Assembly: GCF_000315625.1 (NCBI RefSeq)
Contig: NW_005434668.1
Location: 505,808 to 569,807, forward strand
Length of the DNA stretch: 64,000 bases
Direction: 5' to 3'
Source: Guillardia theta CCMP2712
Lineage: Eukaryota > Protista > Cryptophyta
Part shown: positions 11,873 through 23,594 of the stretch, one piece after another
How the letters are laid out: every line of letters begins with the position of its first letter
How positions within the stretch are numbered: position 1 is the first letter of the stretch
Translations under genes and position numbers: made by a program
The notes under the pieces: generated by a model
What the model saw: only the letters and a program-made list of their open reading frames with translations
What the model was told of the DNA's origin: nothing
Databases searched by the model: none

Positions 11873-14800
11873 ATGCTCCGTCTCATCGCTTGCTTTTCTC
11901 TTTTCCTCTTGTCCTCTGGGTTTCAAGGAGTTTTCCATATGCAGAGCAGGAGCAGGAGTCTCCTCCTCTCCTGCCGCCCCTTCTACCTCAGAACTTCCCC
12001 TCGACGCGCTCACTCCAACTTGGCGAGCACCCGCATGCAACAAACGTCGGTCGGGGTAGGACCTTTGCCGACGGGATGGGGAGCAGAGCTGGGGCTGCAG
12101 GAGCAAGATCTTCTTCCTCAGCATCCTCGTCTGCTCACAGGCGCTCTCGACAACGGACTTCGTGAGTAGTGGGGAGAGGGGACAAGGAGGAGCGAAGGGG
12201 AGGAGAAATTTGTGTATTTGGAAAAGTTCTCAGAGATTACTCTGACTCTTGGTCAGGCTATTCGATCCTCGAGAATAGGAACCCAAAGAACAGATTCTAC
12301 GCCAACCTTGAAGTTCATTCCGGCAGTTTAGACGAGGACGACGAACAGCAGGTTGAGCATGCAAAGGAGGAGGAGCAGGAGGAGTAGGACAGTAGAGGAG
12401 GAACAGGAGGAGTAGGAGAGGGGAGGAAGAGTAGAAGAAGTGAGAAGGAGTAGGCGAGGAGAAACAAATAAAGAGTAGGATGAGATCGAAGGTGTGAGGA
12501 TGAAGAGAGCAACAGACAATAAGGAGTAGAGATGCGAAGATGCAAAATGCCACGAGCGAAAAAATCTGGAGGAGCAGGAGGAGCAGGGGAAGATAATGAG
12601 TGTGTGAATAGCTGATAGAACATATCAGGGGATCGCGCATTTCTTGGAGCATGTGCTCTTCTTAGGTACAGAGAAATACCCCAAGTCAGGAGACTTCAAA
12701 AAGGTTCGTTTACTCCTCCACCACCTCCTACCCATCCTCTTGCTCCCATCAGCTCGCTCCCAGTGATTGTTATCACCATCATCATCATCGTCTCCTCCTC
12801 CTCCTCCTCCTCCTCCTCCTCCTCCTCCTCCTCCTCCTCCTCGTATCATCGGCTCTTTTCATCGTGTAAATGCACGTTCCTTTCTCTTCCTCGCTCTCTT
12901 GTCTTCCTCCTCTGCTTCCTGCTCATCCTCTCCTTCAGGTCCTCTCTCGCCTCGGGATGAGCCAGCTGGCTGACGCCAACGCTTACACCGACTTTCGCTC
13001 CACCGTCTACACGCTCAGCGCACCAACTCGAGGAAGCGAGAAGAGGTCGGACGGAGAGAGGGAAGGGATGGGAGCGATGATAACGGAAGAGTTGCAGGCA
13101 CGCTTATGACATGGAGAAACTTTCTGGTGCAAGAAGAGACACATTGTTCCGTGCTGGTAATCTCCTCCTAACCCTCCTCCTCCTCTCTCGCCTCCTCCTG
13201 CTTCCTCTTGTCCCCAACCCCTTCCCTCCCCCACTCTCTCATCTCGCCCCTCTCTTCTCTCTCCTCCTTCCCCTCCGCTCTTCCCCTCCCTTTCAGATAT
13301 CAGGAGCAGCAGTTGAAGCTCCTCCTCCCCCTTCCTCGCTGTTTCTGTTCTAATTGCTGCTTGTACTTGTCTGGGACAGGGCTCGTCGAGTCTCCAGCTA
13401 CAATCAAGACACCTACGCAGCTGGAGGAGGAAGAGGGAGGGGAGGAGGAGGAGGAGAGAGGGAAGGGAGTTGAGGCTGCTGAGGACAACGTGGGGCTGGT
13501 GATCGACCTGCTGCATCAGATGACGTTCAAGGCTCTGATCCGGGAGGAGGACGTGGAGCGTGAGAGGAACGCTGTGCTCAACGAGATGCGAGACTCGAGC
13601 GACATCAGCGAGAGGATCGCGAGCAAGTTCTACCAGCAGCTCTTTGCTGAGACTCTCCTTCCCCGCCGCTTCCCCATCGGCAAGCTCGAGATCGTCCAGC
13701 GAGTCAACGCGGACGGTCTGCGGCGCTTCTACGAGCAGCACTACTTCCCTTCCAACATGCACCTCTTCCTCGTCGGCGACTTTGACGCCCACCGCGTCCT
13801 CCAGCACATCTCCTCCTCCTTCTCTGCCGAGCCGCCGGGCCCTCGCGCTCCTCCCTCGCACTCCCGCAGGGACTCGCTGGCGTGGGCAACGCCTCCTGGT
13901 CCGCTCCCTCTCTGGCCGTTGCGAGGGGCTCGGGTCGAGCATACCTTCGGCTCCCCCCCGTCGGTGCGGTATGAGCAGATCTCGCACTCGCAGGTGTCGT
14001 CGTTCTCGCTGACGCTGACGATGAAGGAGGAGCTGGAGAGCAACGTACTCGTGCGACATGTCTTCGAGGAGCTCGTGGACAGCCTCGTTGGCATGGCGCT
14101 GGAAGGGAGGTTCGAGGAGCTGCGCACCCGGGGAGGCGCCGCGGCGGTGGAGAGCGTTGACTGGATGTTCCTCAACTCAGCGCGTGAGGGGTGTGTGCTC
14201 AACTCGCTTGTGGTGACAAGCGAGGGGAGGAGCTGGAGGAGAGCTGCGCGGGTCTTCGCCAAGACCCTCCAGGAGCTGATCAGCTTCGGGCTCGTGCAGT
14301 CCGAGCTGGACCGCCTGCTGCGATCGCTGGTGAAGCAGTACAAGACGGACGTGGAACAGGAGGAGACGATGGAGTCTGACGAAGTGATGGAGGAGTTGAT
14401 GGAGTGCGTGGAGGCAGGGGACGCGTTCATGTCGGCGGGGCAGAAGTTCGAGCTGGTGAGGAGGATGGAGGAGGCAGTCACGCTGGAGCTCGTCAACCAC
14501 AGGGTCCAGCAGCTCTTCTCATTCGCTTCCCTTGCTGGCCGCAACTCAGAACTTTGCGCCTGGTTCGTGTGCGCGCCCAAGAGGGAGGGGCGAGCGCTGA
14601 AGGAGCTGAGCGAGGCGACGCTGCGGGAAGAGATGGAGAAGGCGACGGCGCGTCTTGAGCCCTACCGGGACGCGTCGGTCGTTCCCTCGTTCCTGTGCGA
14701 GGACGAGGAGATGGACGAGCGGATGCGGCGGCTGCAGCCATGCTTGGTGCCAGTGAGGTCGATGAGGACGGATGGGACGGAGAAGGAGGAGGGGACTGAG

Positions 14801-16243
14801 GTCCTGAGGGACCCGGGGACGGGGGTCAGGTTCATGGAGCTGAGCAACGGGATGCGAGTCACGGTGAAGGAGACGAGCTTCCAGAAGAAAGAGTTCGGCA
14901 TCGAGATCCGAGCGACGGGAGGGAGGGCGACGGAAGTGGCGGCGGGGATGAAGAAGGGTGCAGTGATGCTGGCGATCCAGGCACAGCTGAGGAGCGGGCT
15001 AGGGCAACACGACGAGGAGACAACAAGGAGGTACACGCAGCTGCACGCGATCGGGTTCGACGGCAGCTGCTCCATTGAGCAGTCCTCTTGCGAGATCGCC
15101 GCCTCCTCCTCCGAGCCCAACGCCCTCCGCCGAGGCCTCGAGGTCGCCCACTTGCTGCTGCGGGACTTCGCGGGGGAGGATCGGGCGCTGAGGAGGGCGA
15201 GGAGGGAGCTGAAGCTGCGCTGGGAGGCGATGGAGGAGGACATGGAGGTCCTTGTGGCTCGCACCATGATGCAGCTCCTCGTCGACCCTTCCGTTGATGC
15301 CTACGACTCCCTCAGCCTCCTCGTCTCTCCTGCCGACGCCGCCGCCCTCTCCCTCCACGACCTCCGCGAGGCCTTCCTGCTCGAGTTCGACCCCAGCAAC
15401 CTCGAGGTCGTGCTCACCGGCGACTTTCCTTCTGAGACTCTGCTGGACGACGTGCTGCGCTACCTCGGAACCCTCGAGACCCGAGCGCACAAGCTCCCTG
15501 CCCAGCAGGAGCTCAGCAAGTTCTCCTCCCCTCCTGGTGTCCTCCGGCCGCGAACCGCTCAAGTGCAGATCCCCGACGACTCACAGAGGACGTTCGTGTG
15601 CCTGGGCTTCCGCTCCCTCAACAGGTGGGGCTACAGCGCTTACGAGGAGGGGGAGGAGGGGATGGGGAGGAAGGACAGGTGGGAGGAGCACGGAGCGATG
15701 CACGCGAGTCGTTGTTTGAATCTGGTGGTGGACATGCTGAACAACCGGCTCTACGAGGAGATCCGCGAGAAGCACGGGCTCGTCTACTCCGTCAGCCTTA
15801 GCTGGGAGCCCTTCCTCCACCACCCCTACGGCCTCCTCACCGTCTCCCTCTCGCCCTTCCCCGACAGGATGGAGGAGGCGATCGAGCGCGTGCTGGGGGT
15901 GCTGGAGAAGTTCGTGGCCGAGGGCTTCAGCCGGGAAGAGCTGGAAGCGTCGCGGGGCCCGACGGTCAAGGAGGTGGAGGAGAATCTGAGGACCAACGAC
16001 TACTGGACGAGCCTCGTCGTTGGCATCCAGTCGCGCGGGGCCCTACCCAAGTCCTGCCGCTCCATCCAGCACATCGCCGACAGGTATCAAAGTCTGACGG
16101 AGGAGGAGGTGCTGGAGGTGGGAAGGCGAGCGCTGCGAGGGCTCAGGGAGCAGCTGGTCGTGGTCAAGGGCCTCAGCGATCCAAGCTTCTCCTCCGTCTC
16201 CGTCTTCCTCGAAAACGAGGACGCGAATGAAGGGCCCCGTTGA
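11873..16243 (+). CDS. SPP: Plastid stromal processing peptidase (M16 zinc metallopeptidase), bipartite presequence; multi-exon
   Basis: GALDNGLR|YSILENRNPKNRFYANLEVHSGSLDEDDEQQ|GIAHFLEHVLFLGT (HXXEH), NAYTDF, RRFPIG, ELSNGMRV, NNRLYEEIREKHGLVYSV; signal peptide MLRLIACFSLFLLSSG followed by F. Confidence 0.85.
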
Positions 16244-16308
16244 ATCTTGGCGTGCTCCTGTGCCGCTTGCACATGCTTCCTTGCCCCGTCTCCTGCCCCT
16301 GCCCTCTA

Positions 16309-17478
16309 TCAATCCTCCCTCGCCTCCAGCATGTCAAGTCGTCTCCTCAGCTCCTCCATCTCCAGCCTGTGAGCCTCCGCCTGGGTCGCGACCTGCATGG
16401 GGTCAGCGGAGGGCGAAAGATAGGAGGAGGGGGGACGCTTCACCGTCTTCCTCAACATTTCTTCGCGCTCCTGCATCTCCCGCTCCCTCTTGATGGAGGC
16501 AGCAAGCGCCCGGCTCTTGAAGTCGAGCTGCTTCTTCAGCTTCGTCCTCTCGTCCTCCAGCTCTCTGATCCGCTCCTCAAGCTCAGCCACCGCCTGCCTG
16601 CCTCCCTCCGGTGCCTCCCCGTCCGGCACCTGGGCAACCATCGCGGCATGTTGAGGCGAAGCATCATGGGCAACAAGACGAGGAGGAGCAAACTCCTCGT
16701 GATGCGACACTGCGAGCAGAAAAGAAACGTCGGCATGCGCCCCATTCAACCATGACGCCCCGCCCTGCATGCTGTGATCCTCCACAAGTTCCTGCAGCCA
16801 AGGGTCCAGCAGCTCTGTCCCACTGTTGGCATCAAACACGCGCTGGGCTGGAGGGCGGAGCCTGAGCGCGGTGGTGGCCAAGGCCAGCAGCTCACCGCGG
16901 GTGGTGGGGAGGACGATGGTCTTGTGCTGGGAGGCAGAGCGAGGCAAGGACCCGACGGAGTAGACGACAGCCTTCTTACCTGCGACATGGCCGAGGCAGC
17001 GAGGAAGGGACGGCGAATGCTTCGCCTCCATCCTCTCTCTCTCCTCCCTTGTCAAGGGCCTCTCCTCGGATGGGCGCGCCTGCAGTTTCCTCTTCTTGTC
17101 GCTCTCCGAGTGGATGGAGGAATGCTGGTGAGCTCGAGAAGTTTCGCGTGGAGGGTCGGAGGTCAGGGGCTGGTCCAACGCGAGCTGTTTCTTCATCTGC
17201 TGAGCCAACAACGATCGATGGTTCCTTGCCCCTTCGTCTCCTCCCCCTCGCTCCTCCCCCGTCACGTCGTGAGGCCGTAAACGCGGCGTCTTGCTCTCAT
17301 GGTCATACTTACCACTCCTGTGATCTTCCTCGGTCTCTGCCTGCACTCCCTGCTCCTCCTCGCCTTGTTCTCTCTCCTCATCCTGATCAACTTGTCCTTC
17401 TCGTCCTCGTCGACCCTCTCGTGATGCATGCAGTCGCTGCCTTAGCTCATGGATCCGCTGCTTCTTCTGCGTGTCCAT
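16309..17478 (-). CDS. Coiled-coil protein with a doublecortin/ubiquitin-fold-like segment
   Basis: Intronless ~390-aa ORF; KTIVLPTTRGELLALATTALRLRPPAQRVFDANSGTELLD resembles DCX-like domains; C-terminal coiled coil. Confidence 0.5.
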   Translation of the reverse strand: MDTQKKQRIHELRQRLHASREGRRGREGQVDQDEEREQGEEEQGVQAETEEDHRSGKYDHESKTPRLRPHDVTGEERGGGDEGARNHRSLLAQQMKKQLALDQPLTSDPPRETSRAHQHSSIHSESDKKRKLQARPSEERPLTREERERMEAKHSPSLPRCLGHVAGKKAVVYSVGSLPRSASQHKTIVLPTTRGELLALATTALRLRPPAQRVFDANSGTELLDPWLQELVEDHSMQGGASWLNGAHADVSFLLAVSHHEEFAPPRLVAHDASPQHAAMVAQVPDGEAPEGGRQAVAELEERIRELEDERTKLKKQLDFKSRALAASIKREREMQEREEMLRKTVKRPPSSYLSPSADPMQVATQAEAHRLEMEELRRRLDMLEARED

Positions 17479-18230
17479 TCCGACAGCAGCAGGTAACACC
17501 TACCCAACGACGAACCTGCAAGCGCTAGTGTCACTTAAGAGGTTTGGCCCGGGGCGCCACCTTATTGCTCTTCCCGTCACCCTAGATCCTGGTGCCCCCT
17601 CCCCTCCCCTCCCCTCTCCTCCTCCCTCTCCCTCAAACGGTTCAACGGTTCAGTTTCAGCCTCCTGCTCTTTTCGCAACTGACTGTGTTCCCAGTCCTTC
17701 CCCCTCCCGCCCTCCTCCCTGCTCTCCTTCCGCCGGGGAGTCTCTCAGCCTGTGACCTCCCGGAGTCCCGTTCAGGCTCCTCCCCGGGAGGACCTCTTTC
17801 CTGCCCTCCCCTTCGCCCTCCTTCCTGCGCTCCTTCCCGGGCCCAGGCTCCTTCCCTCTCTCTTCCCCGCCCTCCTCCCTCTCCGCATGGCCCCCCTGGC
17901 CTGGCTAGTCAAAAGATTCCTCGCAATTCTTTAGTCAACAATATCAATCAGTCAATCCAAAAAGAAAGTTGACCCCGCCTCCCCGCACATGTCCTGCCGC
18001 CATGCTGCCCCTCGCCCTTGAGCGAGGTCTACTGGTCTCCATCCGTCATCGAGGAGGAGCAGGAGGAACATGATAGCAGCTGCAGGACGAGCAGGGAAGG
18101 AGATGCAAGGAAGGGGATGCAAGGAAACGGGAGCAAAGGATCATGGGTGTAAGAGTTTGTGTCACAACGTTGACCTAGACATGAATTTATTGCCTTCCTT
18201 GATTGAGATTGAACACTAGCTGCCCGCGCC

Positions 18231-19900
18231 ATGTCCGGGCGAGCTGGAGGGAAGGAGGGAGGAAAAGGAAAGGGAGCGACAGCAAAGGCAGGGAGGAAGT
18301 TGGACAAAGACAGTGAAGTAAAGAAGGGAACGATGAAAGAGGTCAACAGTCGCACCGCCAAGGTTGAGAACCCAACGGCTTCGAAGGAGGTCGAGAGGTA
18401 CAAGAAACCCTCAATGGCGCCGACGAAGAATGCAGCGACCTCCAAGGCCAAAGGAGGGGAGAACAAACCAGAAGTATGGGAGAACGCAGCAGAAGCTCAA
18501 CACGTAGAGGAACAGCAGGCGATTGTGGAGTCTGCTCCCGCTGATTCTGAGGTCGCTTGCACGAAGACAAGGAGGATGGGACGAGACCTCTTGATGGAGG
18601 AGGAGACAGAAGTGTCGCCCACCAGGATCACCATCAAACTGATCGCGCTGAGGTGCATCGGTGAAGATAGGATCGCAGCGATGAAGCCGGACGAGCTTGC
18701 TGAGGCGGTCTGTGGACGTTGGTGGCACTTGGGTCTAGTGATGTGGGTGGGAGCAGGTGCTGAAGCTGACTCACATCAGACTAGAAGCAGAAAACATCGC
18801 CCAGATCGAGAACCTGGAGGTGGGAGGGCTGACCTGGAGGAGATCTCGTTATCCTGATCGAGCTACAGGCCCTGGGCAGGGTGACCCACCTCTACCTGCA
18901 GGAGAATCGGATAACCAAGATCGAGCACCTCGAAAGTCTGCATGTACTTCGTTGACCGTGATTCTTTGACAAGTTTGGAATGTTGATGCTGGTTTGCTTT
19001 CAGCACCTCCAGCTGCTGTCCCTTGCCTCAAATGACATCATGGACATCGAGAACCTAACATGCCTGCGGAGCCTGAAGGTTGTTGAACTTGCTGCTGCAC
19101 TCTTTGCGAGCTCACCTGCCTCCAGGCTCTTGACATCGGTTACAACCTCTTGGACGAAGTTCCACCCGGAGAGCTTCCCAGCAGTCTGCTGTTCCTGACA
19201 ACAGATGGAAATCCTCTGCGAAAGATGGTTGTCAGAGCAGTGCCAACTACGTGAGACACTGAAAATTTGACCAGGACGACGGCGCATGGGGTCGGGTCTA
19301 CAAGTCCCTACCAAACTTGAGACAGCATGACTGCAAGGATGTTGTCGTCGATGAGGACACAGACGAAGGCGACGGCGAGAGTGCGGAGGAGGAGGAGGAG
19401 GAGGAGGAAGTCGGCGCAGGTGCTGACGGCGGCTCACCGTCGGCAGCTGCAGGGCGTGAGGATAGTGAAGGTTAGGAGCTGTTGGATCTCCTGCAGGGCG
19501 AGTTTGATAGTGACTAGACTGCCCTCAGGCGCTTCAATGCGAGATTTTGACCATTTCGACCGAGACTTCGTGGCCCAAATCAAAGACTTCGAGTACCAGC
19601 GGTATCAAGCACGTCGATTTCATTTCAACGTGATCGTGCGTTGCAGCATTCAGCAAGCACAAATGTTCTTCGAAATGTCGATGGAGGGGCTGCGTGAGCG
19701 ACGTCGGAGGATGATGGAGGTAAAAGTGTCGGGTGCACTTTAGATGCTGAGGGTACTGGCAGAGACAAAGAGCAGCATTACAACAGGACCGCATGAATCA
19801 AGAAGCCCTGTAAGAATGCCTGCTGCCCTCCTTCGCTCTTTGTGTCAATATTCGCCTGGTCTTGAAACTCACGACTGCTTACCAACAGCTACCTACAACT
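18231..19900 (+). CDS. SDS22-type leucine-rich-repeat protein (LRRC46-like); multi-exon
   Basis: LTHIRLEAENIAQIENLE, VTHLYLQENRITKIEHLE, LQLLSLASNDIMDIENL, LDIGYNLL, DGNPL cap; 3' end approximate. Confidence 0.7.
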
Positions 19901-20044
19901 TCGACAATCAATAGCCGACACACAGGACAAGTTGGACAAGGAAGGAGAAGGTCGGCAAGTGCGCCCAGATACTTGATCTGTGTGGGAATGCAATACATTC
20001 ATTATCAGCACAGCGAGAAGATCAGGCAGGACACAACAACGACT

Positions 20045-21149
20045 CTAGTATCCTCGTCCTGTGTGATCGTGCTGCCACCAGCTATCCTTTGCGGAGCCTG
20101 CCGTCCACCAGTCGCCCTTCCCTTTGATGTCCTTTGCTGGATCGTGAACATTGAGGGCATCCGTAGCCTCCTTGGAGTACTCCTTGAAGTAGCGCTGAGC
20201 AGGACCCTCCAGCTCGCTTCCACTTCCCTGCCGCCACTTCAGCGTTGGATCGTAAACAGCTCCCCAGCGCTCCACAGGCGAAGTCGGCACAGTGGGTCTG
20301 GCTGGTCGCCTCTGCTGCTTGCTGCCGGCGGCAGGAGCTGCCTTCTTGCCAGGAGCAGCTTTCTTGTTGTCAGGTTTGACGGCACTCAGCGACTGAACTC
20401 CAGCCTTCTTTGATGGAGAGATTCCGTTCAAAGTGTCGAGCACGGAGTCAACATCAGCCGTGCCAGAGAGTTTGCGATTCTCAGTGATGTCCTTCTGAAA
20501 GTTCTCCTCGAGCTTTCCTTGCGCGGTTTGCTCATTCAGTGCAGCTTTCATCTGGCCGTGAGCGATGCGCATTCCACGAGCACGACGGTCGACCGATCCC
20601 TTGATCTTGGCCAGGCTGTTGAGCTCAGCATTGAGCGTCTTTTGTAGCTCAGCAGTTTCGCGAGGAAATGCCCTGCGCTCCGCAGGAGGAAGCTGAGCCT
20701 CAAGCGCAGCAATGGTCTGACTTGCCTTGCCCACAAAGTCGCTCAGCTTTGAGCGTCCACGGGGGAGTTGCGCGAGGGAGCCTGTCCGAGCTTGCTTGTG
20801 AGCCTGAGGCTTAGAAATCAAGGCGTTGGCCTCGGAATATTTCTCGATGGACTGGAGGCCCTTCTCCGTTCTAGAATACAAATCGCTCAGCTCAGCCTCT
20901 TCCTTGGGAAAGGCACGAGCCACGAGGCCCCGGGGCGCCTCAGCTTGAAGGACGTCAACCTGTTTCTCTGCAGATCTCAATAGGGAGCCAAGGTTTGTCT
21001 CCGACCTCCTGGTCGAAAGGAGCGAAGTTGCACGGTGATGAGGCGAGATGAAGGTGAGAGTTACAAGGGAAGCGATACAGGCAAGCGCTCCCAGCTTCAT
21101 TGCCGTCCTCCTCCCCTGCACTCCTCCTCGAACCGCCGCCATGCCCATG
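20045..21149 (-). CDS. Hypothetical protein with N-terminal hydrophobic anchor and an internal duplicated helical repeat
   Basis: Intronless ORF; LGALACIASLVTLTFI; ARAFPKEEAEL / RRAFPRETAEL repeat. Confidence 0.6.
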
Positions 21150-23594
21150 ACTCTTCGCAGAACAACGGTCTGGCTCAACTCCGTTACATATGTAACGCCT
21201 TTGTAACTGTCATTGAACAGTTACAAAGGCGTTTTTTTCCTCTTGCGGACATGTCAGCCGTTTCATTGACCGTTACATTCCTTTTGACGAACCCGGGGTT
21301 CCGGGGTTCTCCTTTCAAACTTACAACAAGAAAAAAAATGAAACGAAAAGAGGTCATTTCAGTTACACTAATGGGTCGTAGAAAAAAAGTTTGCGAAACT
21401 ATGATGTTCCTCAAGGAGCTCCGAGTGGACGGTACTTCTTGACCGATTCTGTGGGGGTAGGGTTCAAGGGGTGGCTCACTCAGACTTTGGGTGTATGGAG
21501 GGGATGGAGGTGGTGGGGGGTCATGCTGGTCATCGCTACTGCGAGGTAAGGGGGCGAGAGTTATTCTTTGTAGGGGTGGTTATCTGGTAGTACAGGGGGG
21601 TGATTAGGATCACGCTAAACGAGATCAAATTGGGGTGTTGATAATTTAAGACTGCGACGGCCATGAGTGAGAGGGTGGGGGTGGTGCGTTACTGGTTTCA
21701 GAACCACCAATTAGGTATAGGTCAATAGGGGTAAAAATGAGCCAGAGGTTGGTGAAGGGCAAAGGGTGGGTTTTCAAGAAGGTAGGATAAAGGGGTGTTA
21801 GACTCGGATGGGTAGGGGTGTAGTCCGCGAGGGGTTCTTGTGTGGAAAAAGAGGGGTTCACATAGTTAGGGGTCGTGCGAGGAGGACAAGAGATAAGGTA
21901 AGATAAATCGATGCTGACACGCGATCAATGATTGGGGGTAGTCGTGTGTTCCACCCCATGTTTCTCATGCTTGGCAGGTACTTTGAAGGTGAAATAGAGG
22001 GGTGGTCCGATGTAATAGGTGTCTAACAGACGGGAGGGGTGGGGTTGAGGGCAATTGATTTTGTTGGGGACTCTCCCACAGGGGCGGAAGGTCTACCGGT
22101 GCGAAATCACATTAGGGTGTGTGGGGCTGGTGGGGGGGGGGTGGGTAGGAGAGTAGGGGTACTACTGCATCACCAAACTAAGAGAACAATAGGTGGTGGG
22201 GACAGCTGTTGTGTCTCGTCAGGAGGGTGGGGTCAACCACAAGATATTGTGGGAGCCTTTCTTGCCTACCCCCTCTCCTTATCAAATTCCACCTACCCCC
22301 TGTAGTCGGAGCCCAATCCATCCACCACCCCATCAAGATTCCACTATCTCCTTTGATGAAGTACCCTGCACACTCACCACCCCAGGTTTACCACCGTTTG
22401 ACCCACGAGTTTGTCAAGGAGTTGCACTCCAATGTTCCGCATTACCCCACCCCTGACGTTTTGTTTTGGCTCAATTTGACCCCACCCTGTCATTGTACAC
22501 TGGAAACAGAACCCCTCCTCTCACCGCCTTCTTCGCAAGATCAAAGATGAGATTTGATAAAGGTGGGTAGGGTACTCAAAACTTCTAGGGGGTAAGGGTA
22601 GTTGTCGAGGTATCACAAGGCTCCTATGAATCGGGGGTACTTGAGGTTGTATACGATGGGGGTCAGGGTGACTCTTTCTTCGCAACAGGAGTAAATGGAA
22701 GGGGTAGGGGTGATGGGTAAAAGTTGGTCGAAAAGTGGGAGGTGGGTCATATAGATAACAAACGAAAGTCGAGGTGGTAGGGTCATCTAGGTCACAATAT
22801 AGGGGTAGGGGTAAAGGACGGAGTGACATGAAGGTGCGAGGAAATGATGGGTGGGTCCAAACAAGAACTGCGATGATGGGTGGGTCCGATTGGCAATGGC
22901 ATTTCACCAAGAGAATATAGTGATTACCTAGGGTAGTATAGATTGAGATCATTAGAACGGATGGATTGAGGGGGTAGGGGTAGAAGAAGAAGAAGATAGC
23001 TTGAGGGTTGGTGTTTTTTTTTTTTTGAGTTGTCTCGATGGTAGGGTGGGGTCCTGTATGACGGGGTAGTATTCAAGTGGGTAGGGTTGTGATCGTGTGG
23101 GGGAAATGAACCGTCGGCGCGTGAGATGCGAAAAGCGGGAAGATGTAGAGGACGAGGATGAGGATGAGGGCGAGGACGAGGAAGGGAAAGAATTTAAAGG
23201 TTATAGGATGCAGAACAAGAGAACCAAGGCAAGAGTCAGAACGAGAGGTTCAGAAGACGAGAAGCTACAGGGAAACAGAAGTAAGGACCTGGCATAGTGG
23301 AAGGACTCATGCAAGAGTTAGAATGCCACCGGATTGAAAGATGAGGACATCCGGAAGGGTCAAGGGAGGTTTATTTGATAGGATTGAGTGAAGGAGGGAA
23401 TACCCAGTAGAGTTGATTGATGAAGTTGTAATTTCAACAGAAAAATGATTCTAGTTGTGTTAAACCATTCGGGTGCCTTGCTTCCGTTTTGTGCTTTGTT
23501 TGGAGGTGACATGGTTTTTGCAGATTGAATTCATTACACAATTTTTGGATTAAGAGGACACAAAACTGAGAATTGAGATAATCTCCGCTCGTCG

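Noticed and set aside
11289-11886. Low-complexity ORFs (poly-PL, GA, GR, FL)
   Set aside because: Translations of microsatellites across an assembly gap.
13007-15823. Long antisense ORFs over SPP (also over NOL10 and COPA)
   Set aside because: Shadow ORFs expected from GC-rich codon usage on the opposite strand.
21120-21149. VRGG near the N-terminus of the 20045-21149 protein as a fourth LRGG cargo
   Set aside because: It precedes the hydrophobic segment and lacks the LxL, so it does not fit the architecture.
21450-23090. Interstitial telomeric repeat or LTR element
   Set aside because: Motifs are dispersed rather than tandem, do not match TTTAGGG, and no LTRs, TIRs or transposase/RT ORF are visible.
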